This document shows positions 33,405 to 42,823 of a DNA stretch of 64,000 nt, piece by piece. Source of the DNA: Thecamonas trahens ATCC 50062. Its lineage: Eukaryota > Protista > Apusomonadida. The position numbers were made by a program, and so were the translations under genes. The stretch is from NCBI RefSeq assembly GCF_000142905.1, contig NW_013657676.1, positions 310,001-374,000 of the forward strand. The letters run 5' to 3'. Below the pieces are notes generated by a model that worked only from the letters and a program-made list of their open reading frames with translations, was not told where the DNA came from and did no database searches. Every line of letters begins with the position of its first letter. Positions within the stretch are counted from its first letter, which is position 1.

Positions 33405-35632
33405 TGTAACTTTACCCACGAGGGCCCGCCCGGAGGCGGCGGAGCGGCGCCAGGCGTGGCGGCGGCCGGGACGACCGGGCCTGGCGGCCTGTCGTCGGCT
33501 GAGCTGCACCAGCTGGCGGCCGCGTCGGCGGCGCTTCCCAAGGCATCGCGCCTCTGTCGCAATGTTGCGTCATACTGGTCGTGCAAGTACGAGGGCGCCG
33601 GATGCGAGTTCAACCACGACGTGGCCGCGGTCCAGGCCGCACTGCAGCAGCTGGCGGCGTCGGCGCCAACACCGACTACCGCCATGAACGCCAACGCACC
33701 CGAGTTTAAGGCTCCCAGTCGGGCTGAAAGTAGCGTCGACACACCCGACGCCGCAGCCGGATCGGCGCCGTCGGCATCGGCGCCGTCGTCGGCGATGCAG
33801 CTCGCCGCAGCCGCGCCTGAGTTTGTGCCGCCGAGCATGGCCGCCGCCGCGCCCGGTCCGCCGCCGGCCGCGGTGGTCCACACCCAGTCCGGTGCATCGT
33901 ACCTGGTAGTCGGAAGCCTACCACCAGCCGAGCTGAGCGTGGCCGCCGCCGCGCAGTCGGTTCCGGCCGAGGCGGCCGGCGCGCCGGCCAAGTACGTCCC
34001 GATCCCCATGCACTACTACGCGGCGCCGCCGCCGTCGGCCGGCGCGCCGTCAGATGCACAGCGCGCACTCGGCGAGGCTTTTATGGACCAAGGCGTGCGC
34101 AACAGGCTGGCCAAGAACAACGCCCTCGTCCTTGCCCACACCGATGCCGAGGACGGCTCGGTCCCGCTCCGAGCCGGACGGTACCACACCCTCTTTCCGC
34201 TCGACGACGCCGTTGCGCGCCAGGCCGTCTCGGACATTTTTGGCATGCGGACCTCGGTTTACAAGGCGATTTCCGCCGAGGACGGCATGCCGTACGCGCT
34301 CCGTAGAGTCGATCGCTTCCGCCTCACCAACGAGTACGCCGTCTCGCTCGTCGACATGTGGCGCCAGGTCCGCCACACCAACGTCATCGCGCTCCGCGAG
34401 GCTTGGACAACCAAAGACTTTGGCGAGCGGGCTCTTTGCTTTGTCTACGACTACCATCCAGGCGCCAAGTCGCTGACACAGCTCTACTTTCGCAGCCCAC
34501 AGACAGCGCTCGTCCCCGAGGCCCGCCTCTGGTCGTTTGCCGTCCAGCTCGTGGCCGGCCTTTCGGCCATCCACGGCGCCGGCCTCGCCCACCGCGCGCT
34601 TGTCGCCTCCAAGGTCGTCCTCACCCCGGCCTCGCGCCTCCTCATCTCATCGGCGGGTATGGTCGACGTTCTCACGCCGACGTCCAGCAGCCGCAGCTCG
34701 CCGCGCTCCAGGCCGACGACATCTTTGCGCTCGGGAAGCTCCTGCTGGCCCTCTCCTCGGTCTCGCTCGGCCCGGCCGAGCCGAGCACCGCGCTGTCCTT
34801 TGTCGAGCCGCGGTACTCGCCCGAGTGGACAAACTTTCTCCGCCTCATGCTCACAGGCCCAGTCGCCGGCAAGTACACCACCGTCGCAGACCTCACGGCA
34901 ACCCTCGCGCCACACATCCTCGACGAGCTCAACCGAGCGCAGCTCGCCGCAGATCTGCTCGAGGCCGAGCTGGCCAAGGAGCTCGAAAACGGCCGCCTCT
35001 TCTCGCTCGTCACCAAGCTCGGCATGATCAACGAGCGCCCGCCCGAGGACATGCCCGATCCCAACTGGGCAGAAACGGACGACCGCTACCTCTTGCAGCT
35101 CTTCCGCGACTACGTCTTCCACCAGATCACCGAGGACGGCGTGCCCGTCTGCGACATGGGCCACGTCGTTGAGTGTCTCAACAAGCTCGACATCGCCTCC
35201 GACGAGCAGATCATGCTTCTTTCCCGCGACGGCCAGTCCATCATCGTCGCCTCCTACGCTCACCTCAACCGCGCCATCGGCGCCGCCGTCAACGACCTCC
35301 TCCGCGTCTCCACCGCACCGCCGCCCGCGCACACCCCGTCGTCTCGCGACCCGCCGCCCTCCGCCTTCCCGGGCCCGCACGCCCGCCACGCCCACGCCAT
35401 GCCCGGCCCCGCCCATCACCACATCCGCCCGCAGATGCCGCAGCACGGTCACGCCCAGCGCCACACCCACGCCCACCAGCACAGCTACCCCGCAGGCGCC
35501 TCGGCTGGCCACGCACACACCCACCACCGCGCCCATCAGCACGCCCACCAGCACGCCCACCAGCACCAACAGCCGCAGCATCAGCACCATCACCACCACC
35601 AACACCAGCAGCATCAGCAATGGCATCAATAA
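33405..35632 (+). CDS. PAN3: PAN2-PAN3 deadenylase subunit PAN3; 5' exon missing (gap); apparent 1-nt deletion near 34677
   Basis: CCCH finger CRNV...CKYEGAGCEFNH; PAM2-like NANAPEF and AAAPEFVP; pseudokinase YHTLFPL, SVYKA, FVYDYHPGA; knob KELENGRLF, WAETDDRYLLQLFRDYVFHQ. Confidence 0.93.
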
Positions 35633-35930
35633 CACACACACACCCATCACCACCATCAACACACACAAAAATATGTGGCATGCACAGCTCAAGTGCCCGA
35701 ACCACCGCCACTCCCTGGCCTCTCACCCCGAAAAAGCCGTTGTTCGCTCGCTCGCTCGCGCACACGCCGCAAGCCAGTACCGCCCCGCTACGCCGGCCGT
35801 ACACCACCCGACACCACAACCACAACCCAGCTCCACCCGCAGCTCCGCATAGTCCTCTCCCTTCCTCCTCTCCCTTCCCCTCCCCCTCCCTCTCCCACAC
35901 ACCCACACAGCCACAGCCACGTCCTGCACC

Positions 35931-38900
35931 ATGCCTGCTCGAGGCCGCCCCAGGACTAGGGTCCCCTCGCGGCAGTCGTCACGACGCCGCGAGACTACCC
36001 GAGCCCCACCCTCACGCGCAGGCACAGTGAGCCGGACAAGGAGGACGCCAGACGCAGGTGACTCGCGGAGGGACGACGGCGTGGGCGGAGAGACGCTCGC
36101 AGAGTTTCGGGAAAAGGTCCGCGGCATCGTCTCGGACACCCCGTTTGACGCGGCGACCGACCCGCGCCGCTCGACCGTCGAGCGCGAGCTCAACTGGGAT
36201 GCGACGCCTGCGCGGCCGCCGTCACGCGCCGCGGCGCCGCGGGCTCACTCTGCACTTGATTCGCGACAGGTTACGTCAGTTCGTCGCGGTATCGACCCTC
36301 GCGATGCCGCCCTCATCGACGCCGTCGACGCCGAGGTCAACTCGGTCGTCCGCGGCCGCGGCCCGCTTGCCTCGTTCGACTACGGGTACTCGACCCAAGG
36401 CGGCCAGGCGTCGGTCTCGGCCGCCGCCGCCGCGCGCTCACCAGCCACGCTTATGGCTGCCATTGACAAGCTCTGGTCCGAGCTCCACCTGCCGCCCATC
36501 GAGCGGGCCATGTACGCGGCGTCGTGGTTTGCCACCGTCGAGCCCAACCCCGCTGATGCCGGCGTTCTCCAGCCGCACGCCTGGGACGAAATGATTTCCA
36601 TCTACGACGCGCTTCTCGTCCACCGTAAGCGTACGCTTGCAGTGCTCAAGGCCATCGAGCTCCGCGAGATGGCACTCGATGCCATGGCTTCGCTCCCCGA
36701 GTCTGCCTCCAAGCTTGCTGTCACCACGGCCGCTGACGACTTGCGTATTGCCTCGGTCTCGGTCGTCGAGGCCATTGTAGAGTGGCGCGACGGCCTCTCC
36801 GACGCCTACGGCTTTACCTGGCGCGGCTCAAACTATCTGATCAAGATGCTCGCAGACGCCAACATCCTCGCTAACCTCGGCTTTGAGAGCTACTTCCCGT
36901 TCTCCTTCCGCAACAACCCGCTCCTGCTGGACACTCGCTTCCACTACAAGGAGCCCGAGCTTCGTGGCACCCTTGCCTCGCAGATGTCTGCCGCTGCACA
37001 GTTCAAGATCCTTCTCCGCCGCCGGCAGGAAGAGGCCCACAATCTGCTCCTCGCCGAGGAGCGACGTGCCGCCCGCCTCCATCGCCTCCGTGAGGACCTC
37101 TCGCTCCAGCGCTATCTCGTCCCGATCCTTGCCGTTGGCTCGATCCCCACCGGCCTCCCGGTCTACTTTGATCCGTCCTCGCCCGACGACCCCTTCACGC
37201 CACCCGTTGATTCGGTCTTTCACTACACCTCGGGTGTCGGCGCGCCCTTCGATGACGACACTACCCCGACACATGCCGAGGCCACATCTTCGGCCACCGC
37301 ACTCCACGGCCGCGACTTTGAACCGTACGATGTCGGCTCGAGTGCAGCCGCCCCCGTCCCGGCTCCGCGCTCGGAAGCCGCAACTGGTGCGGGTGCTATT
37401 GCCTCGCGCACCTCGCCACTCGCTTCACCCTCGGTCTCGGCCTCGGCCTCGGCCGCCTCCGCTTCAGCTCCTGCTTCTGCATCTGCATCTGCATCTGCAT
37501 CTGCATCCGCCTCCAACTCGGCCTCGGCCTCGGCCTCGGCTTCCAACTCGGCCTCGGCTTCCAACTCGGCCTCGGCTTCCAACTCGGCCTCGGCCTCTCC
37601 CTCAGCTTCAGCCTCCAACTCAGCCTCAGCCTCGGCCTCCAACTCAGCCTTGGCCTCTCCGTCCGCCTCTCCGTCCGCCTCGGCCTCCGACTCTGGCTCA
37701 GACTCAAGTTCGGACTCGGTCTCGGCCTCTGGTTCTCCATCCCCCGCTCCCGTCCCGGTCCAGGCCGGCCAGTTCAACGAGGTCGAGACCGCGATTGAGG
37801 CGTCGGCCCTCGCGGATGCAGACAAGTTTCGCGCAGACAGCCTCGAGCCCGTCGAGGGCGACGACGTTGCCGAGCCGATGTTCGACTCGGATATGCATCG
37901 TTCAGTCCTTTCGCCCGAGGACTACGACGTGGCGCGGACAGATGCCTTTCTGCGTAAGCACGACGCCCGGTTTGGCGAGCTGCCCCAGGTCGAGCTCGGA
38001 AGCCGGAGGGCACTCGCACTAGCGCTCACGGATGCTGACGGGCGCCCCGCCGGTGAGCTCAACGTCGAGATCGCCTACGACGCCATGCAGGTTAGCCCGG
38101 GCCAACTGCCCGAGTGGCCGCTGCCTGCCGATGCCAAGGACAGTGCGACGCGCTCGATTCACCGCAGTGGCCACGCCAAGGGTAAGTCCGAGTCTGGCTC
38201 GGATCCCAGCCTCGCGGTGGTCGAGGACACACTCCGAGTGGTCATTGTCGGTGCCGCGGGTCTCCACGACGCCCGCGAGGCCTCGGGCGCTGACGCGTAC
38301 GTCAAGCTAGAGCTTGGGTCGTCTGAGATTGTTCGCGGCAAGACCAAGCCGGTGGCCAACTCGGCCGATCCAGTCTTTAACGCCACCTTTGAGTTTGATC
38401 TCCTGGCTGCCGCACGTGAGCTCGGCCTGTCATCGCTCTCCAGAACCCGCGCTCCGCTCAAGTTCTCAGTCTTTGACGCCGACGTCGGCCGCGACGACCT
38501 GCTCGGCTCGGCGCTTGCTGAGCTCTCCAAGCTCGAGCCGAACCAGACCGCCGACCTCTGGCTCGACCTCATTCCGCCAACTGACCACAACGCCAAGGGC
38601 GGTACTGTCCTTGCACTCGCCGTCCACGACGTCAATCGCCTCTCCAAGAACGAGCAGCTTGGCACCGCGCTTGTCCCGCTCTCCACCGGCACCATCCCGG
38701 TCGATGGCACTTCGCGCGACATTGCCGTTGCCCTTGACACACCCGGTGTGCCGCAAACCGTCCACCTCCGCCTCTCGTTCCAGCAGCACGCGCTTGGCGG
38801 CGGCGTGCTCACCAAGACCGACACGCAGGCATCCTCGAGCTCGACGGCGCTCGCGCCTCGGCCGCGGCCTGCAGGCACCCTCCGCGTGGTTGTCGAATCG

Positions 38901-41900
38901 GCCACAAGCCTCGAAGCGAAGGACCGCAAGTCGTCCGACCCGTTCTGTACCGTGAGCGTCGGGGAGATCTCGGCCAAGACCGAAGTCATCAAGTCGACGC
39001 TCGACCCGGTGTGGAACGAGGTCCTCCAGCTTCAGCTCCCTGCCAGCAAAGCCGGCGAAGACGACACCCTTTGCTTTGCTGTCTTTGACTGGGATCGCGC
39101 GTCGGCCAACGATCCGCTCGGCATAGCCAAACTTGCACTCGACACCCTCGCGCTCGATGGCTCAGACAATGCGGTGCTCCTCCCGCTGGTTGGCTCGGCT
39201 TCCGGTGGCTCGGTTACAGCCAAGATCTCGTTTGTGGCCAACGGTAGTGAGTCGGCCAAGGTGGCCAAGTCATCAGCTGAGCCAGGTCGTGCGGCCCGGT
39301 TGTTCCGAGTCGACGTCAAGATCATGGCCGGGCTTGGCCTGGCGCTCGATGACGCCGGTGTGCCCTCTGCGCCGTTTGTTGAGCTGGCCCTCGGCCGGTC
39401 TCGGCATAAGTCGCGGATTCTCAAGGGCTCGGCCACGCCGGACCCGCAGTGGGACGAGCAGTTCTCGCTCATGTGCTCACCCGCCGAGCTCGACGCCGGC
39501 TTTGTGCTCGACGTCTTCAACTGGGATCAGTGGGGTGCCAACAAGCCGCTTGGTCGCGCCACGCTGGCGCTCGTCGACCTCAAGCCTGGCAAGCGAGCGG
39601 TGCGCAAGCTTGCGCTCGATCCGCAGCTTGGCTCGGGCGCGATTCAGATTGCGCTCTCAGTCAACGTCGAGGCCGGTGCGGGCCGCCGTCACTCGGTCCC
39701 GTGCGACGTCGGCATGGCCCCAACCGCCGGCACCCGCACTCGCGCGCTTCACAGCGGTTCCGCCGGTATTGTCGGTGCGCTCAAGGTTGAAGTCCTCTCG
39801 GCCACCAACCTCCGCAACAAGGCCGGCAAGGCGCCAGACGCGCGGGTTTCACTTTCAGTCGGCGCGTCGTTGTTTGAGACTTCCAAGATGTCTAACGCCA
39901 CCGACCCGGTGTGGGGCGGGAGTAAGGCGTCTACTGTGTTTGAGGGCGTCGCACTCGCGGCTGGCAGCGGCATGGCGGGCGATACCGCCGGCGCGCTCCA
40001 TGTCCAACTCACTCGCCACGTGGCGGCGGCAATCGAGGCCGAGACGGCGTCCGACCCGCAGCGCCCGGCCCGCAAGCAGAGTCCTCTGGTAGCGGTTAAG
40101 CTAGTCGAGGCTGAGCAGCTTCCGCAGCGGCATCCTGCCAAGGACATGTTTTTCAACCTCGTGCAGGCGCGGTTCGCGCTCGCTGGGCACGGTCCGGCTG
40201 CTGCTGACGCCCTGGCCAGAGTTGACGCCGAGCTCGGTGAGCGGTACCTGCAGAACGGGGCGGTGCTGCTGGTCGGCATGAACTTTGCCCTGACAACGGC
40301 CAAGTACGGAGTCGACCAGACCATCGCCAACATGCACGCCCTCACCCAGATCCTCTATCCTTTTGTTCTCTCGCTCAACGGGACCATCATCGAGGAGAAC
40401 ATCTTTTTCTTCTCAGATCCGCTTATTGCCGTCTCGGCTGCGCTCGGCGCCAAGGTGCTGCTGGCCCAATACAATGCCGGCCTGGGCAGTGGAGACGAGG
40501 CGGACCGCAAGGCGCTTGTTGTGCGTGGTCTCGGAGTGCACGTCGGCGACATGCTCATTGTGCCCGATACCAACGTCCACTGGGGTGATCCGCTCAACGT
40601 GGCGTCCAAGCTTGCAGAAGACTATGCACAGGACGGACAGTTGTTTGTCACCCGCGAAGTCCACGCTGCGCTCAAGTCGTCAGTCCAGTTTGGTCAGCTT
40701 GTCTTTGAGCCGCACTCGATCATCATCTCCAAGGTCGAACTCACTGCGTACACCGCTGTGGCCAAGGAAGGCACCAAGCTCGCCCGCCCGCCCAGCCTCG
40801 ATGCGGCCCCTCCGCAGAAGCATGGTACCGAGATTCACTGCCTCCGGTATCCTGCTGCCGGTGCCGTGCTTGTCTCGGACATGTCCGGCTTTACGCGCAT
40901 CACCAAGGCGCACGGCATTGTCCATTACGCCTCGCTCATCCTCAAAATGCGACAGGTGTGCTCAGCCATTTACGCTGCCTACGGCGCAAAGCACTTTTTC
41001 ACCGAGGCCGACAACTGCTTTGTCCTCTTTGACTCGGCGTGGAACGCGCTCGAGGCCGCCAAGGTTGCACAGGCCATGATGGCCGCGTACAACGCCAAAG
41101 TTGTTGACCCCAAGTTTACCATCAAGGTCGGTGGCTGGGGCCTCTCCTACGGCGACAACATCCTGCAAGATACCGAGAGCGGCAAGATGTACGGGCAAGC
41201 CGTCGACGAAGCCTTTGAGCTCGGCGAGGACGTGGCCGAAAACAACGTGCTCGCCACTGGCGCCATTCTGGCTGCCATGCGCGCCGAGGGCGGCTCGCTC
41301 GATGGCGTCACCCCCGCTCCAGGCTCACTCGACGAGTGCACCGAGCTCATCAACGAGTACTACGCCATGGACGGCGAGCTTGCTCCCGGCGCGCAGCGGG
41401 TCTTTGTTCCCGAGCCGCCGCCGGTGGCGGTGGCCGAGCTGGACGCCGTCCTTGAGGGCAGTACGGGCAGGCAGCGCACGCCCGGCTCTTACGAGGCTCT
41501 CGTCAAATTCGACGGTCTTGTCCAGCTGCGGTCTCGACACGCGCCTGCATCGACATCGCCGGCCTGGCACGCCGGCGGCTCGCTGGCCAAGCCGCTCGCC
41601 CCAGGCGCGCTGCTCGAGATCGAGGTCCGCGACAACGACATATTCGGCGGTTCAGAGCTGGTCGGCCAGGCCTTTGTCCCACTAGACAAGCTGGAGACCA
41701 ATGTTCGCGCGGACGTGTGGGTCGATCTTGTTGGCGCTGGTGCGTCGGGCGAGACCGGCGCCGCCGGGCGTGTCCACCTCCATCTGGAAATCCTCGATCC
41801 CAGCGCGCCGTCATGGCTCCTGCATGGCCCGCCGCGCGGCGTCATCGAGCTGGCAGTCATCGCCGCCCGTGAGCTCGGTGATCCGGTCGAGGACGTGTTT

Positions 41901-42473
41901 GAACTCGCGCCGGCATGCAACGTCATCTTTGGTGCGTTCAAGGCCTCCACCGGTCCGATTCGGGGCACCGTCAGTCCACAGTGGGAGTACGATACCCAGG
42001 TGGTCGTTACCGGAACTCCGGGAGACGACCCGGCGTCGATCCTGTTCGAGGTCGTCTCTGGTGACCGGGTCCTAGGCTCGACCTCGCTGCCGGTCGAGCT
42101 GCTCCACCCTGGCGTCCCGCTGGATCTCTGGCTCCCGCTCTCGTCTGGGCGCGGGGCCGCCATCCACGTCGTCGCCTGCCTCCAGCACTGTGCAGCGCCG
42201 CCGCACGGTGCGCTGGCACTCACCCTGGTCTCCGCCTCAGGCCTCGCCCACAAGAGCGATGCCTATGTCGTCGCCCGCTGCGGCCACGGCGCCTCCGTCT
42301 CGTCGGCGGTTGCGCCCAAGTCTGCCGATCCCGAGTGGCACCAGAACCTCCAGCCGCTCTACGTCTACGGCCGGGTCGAGGACCTCGAGCTGGTTGTCAT
42401 GGACCAGGACAAGTTTACCAGCGACGACGAGCTTGGTCGTGCCTGTGTCATCGTTCGCGCCCCGAGCCCTTGA
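35931..42473 (+). CDS. 2180-aa protein: helical N-domain, Ser/Ala linker, about 7 C2 domains and two tandem class III nucleotide cyclase domains
   Basis: C2 motifs (DPVFN, DPVWNE, FDWDRASANDPLG, DPQWDE, MDQDKFTSDDELG); cyclase motifs GLGVHVGD...WGDPLNVASKLAED and VSDMSGFT...EADN...GLSYGD. Confidence 0.85.
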   Translation: MPARGRPRTRVPSRQSSRRRETTRAPPSRAGTVSRTRRTPDAGDSRRDDGVGGETLAEFREKVRGIVSDTPFDAATDPRRSTVERELNWDATPARPPSRAAAPRAHSALDSRQVTSVRRGIDPRDAALIDAVDAEVNSVVRGRGPLASFDYGYSTQGGQASVSAAAAARSPATLMAAIDKLWSELHLPPIERAMYAASWFATVEPNPADAGVLQPHAWDEMISIYDALLVHRKRTLAVLKAIELREMALDAMASLPESASKLAVTTAADDLRIASVSVVEAIVEWRDGLSDAYGFTWRGSNYLIKMLADANILANLGFESYFPFSFRNNPLLLDTRFHYKEPELRGTLASQMSAAAQFKILLRRRQEEAHNLLLAEERRAARLHRLREDLSLQRYLVPILAVGSIPTGLPVYFDPSSPDDPFTPPVDSVFHYTSGVGAPFDDDTTPTHAEATSSATALHGRDFEPYDVGSSAAAPVPAPRSEAATGAGAIASRTSPLASPSVSASASAASASAPASASASASASASASNSASASASASNSASASNSASASNSASASPSASASNSASASASNSALASPSASPSASASDSGSDSSSDSVSASGSPSPAPVPVQAGQFNEVETAIEASALADADKFRADSLEPVEGDDVAEPMFDSDMHRSVLSPEDYDVARTDAFLRKHDARFGELPQVELGSRRALALALTDADGRPAGELNVEIAYDAMQVSPGQLPEWPLPADAKDSATRSIHRSGHAKGKSESGSDPSLAVVEDTLRVVIVGAAGLHDAREASGADAYVKLELGSSEIVRGKTKPVANSADPVFNATFEFDLLAAARELGLSSLSRTRAPLKFSVFDADVGRDDLLGSALAELSKLEPNQTADLWLDLIPPTDHNAKGGTVLALAVHDVNRLSKNEQLGTALVPLSTGTIPVDGTSRDIAVALDTPGVPQTVHLRLSFQQHALGGGVLTKTDTQASSSSTALAPRPRPAGTLRVVVESATSLEAKDRKSSDPFCTVSVGEISAKTEVIKSTLDPVWNEVLQLQLPASKAGEDDTLCFAVFDWDRASANDPLGIAKLALDTLALDGSDNAVLLPLVGSASGGSVTAKISFVANGSESAKVAKSSAEPGRAARLFRVDVKIMAGLGLALDDAGVPSAPFVELALGRSRHKSRILKGSATPDPQWDEQFSLMCSPAELDAGFVLDVFNWDQWGANKPLGRATLALVDLKPGKRAVRKLALDPQLGSGAIQIALSVNVEAGAGRRHSVPCDVGMAPTAGTRTRALHSGSAGIVGALKVEVLSATNLRNKAGKAPDARVSLSVGASLFETSKMSNATDPVWGGSKASTVFEGVALAAGSGMAGDTAGALHVQLTRHVAAAIEAETASDPQRPARKQSPLVAVKLVEAEQLPQRHPAKDMFFNLVQARFALAGHGPAAADALARVDAELGERYLQNGAVLLVGMNFALTTAKYGVDQTIANMHALTQILYPFVLSLNGTIIEENIFFFSDPLIAVSAALGAKVLLAQYNAGLGSGDEADRKALVVRGLGVHVGDMLIVPDTNVHWGDPLNVASKLAEDYAQDGQLFVTREVHAALKSSVQFGQLVFEPHSIIISKVELTAYTAVAKEGTKLARPPSLDAAPPQKHGTEIHCLRYPAAGAVLVSDMSGFTRITKAHGIVHYASLILKMRQVCSAIYAAYGAKHFFTEADNCFVLFDSAWNALEAAKVAQAMMAAYNAKVVDPKFTIKVGGWGLSYGDNILQDTESGKMYGQAVDEAFELGEDVAENNVLATGAILAAMRAEGGSLDGVTPAPGSLDECTELINEYYAMDGELAPGAQRVFVPEPPPVAVAELDAVLEGSTGRQRTPGSYEALVKFDGLVQLRSRHAPASTSPAWHAGGSLAKPLAPGALLEIEVRDNDIFGGSELVGQAFVPLDKLETNVRADVWVDLVGAGASGETGAAGRVHLHLEILDPSAPSWLLHGPPRGVIELAVIAARELGDPVEDVFELAPACNVIFGAFKASTGPIRGTVSPQWEYDTQVVVTGTPGDDPASILFEVVSGDRVLGSTSLPVELLHPGVPLDLWLPLSSGRGAAIHVVACLQHCAAPPHGALALTLVSASGLAHKSDAYVVARCGHGASVSSAVAPKSADPEWHQNLQPLYVYGRVEDLELVVMDQDKFTSDDELGRACVIVRAPSP

Positions 42474-42705
42474 GCACCAGCCACTGTCAGACCAACAAAC
42501 GATACCCTGATGTGGAAAGCTGTCCGTCAAGCCGTCCAGACTTGAAGTCGCAGTCTGCCTGAACCTCGCGTATCTCGAGGCAGGAGGCCTCCAGCGGCAG
42601 TGGCGGTTGAATGTTCGTCTTCCACAAACCACACACGCACGGCCAGGAAGGGCAAGCCGTTGTCAGCCACCACATCACACTCCCCTCCCTCTCTCCCTTC
42701 CCCAT

Positions 42706-42707
<2 letters not shown>

Positions 42708-42746
<39 letters not shown>

Positions 42747-42752
42747 CACACA
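42708..42752. repeat. (CA)n microsatellite
   Basis: cacacaca run upstream of the DCX gene. Confidence 0.9.
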
Positions 42753-42823
42753 GGCACAGGCACACACACTACCACACTACCACGCAACCCCCTACATTCC
42801 CTCCCTCCCTTCCTTCCCTCGGC

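Noticed and set aside
37420-37740. Repetitive tract as a possible CRISPR array or minisatellite element
   Set aside because: It is an in-frame Ser/Ala/Asn low-complexity linker with no repeat-spacer structure.
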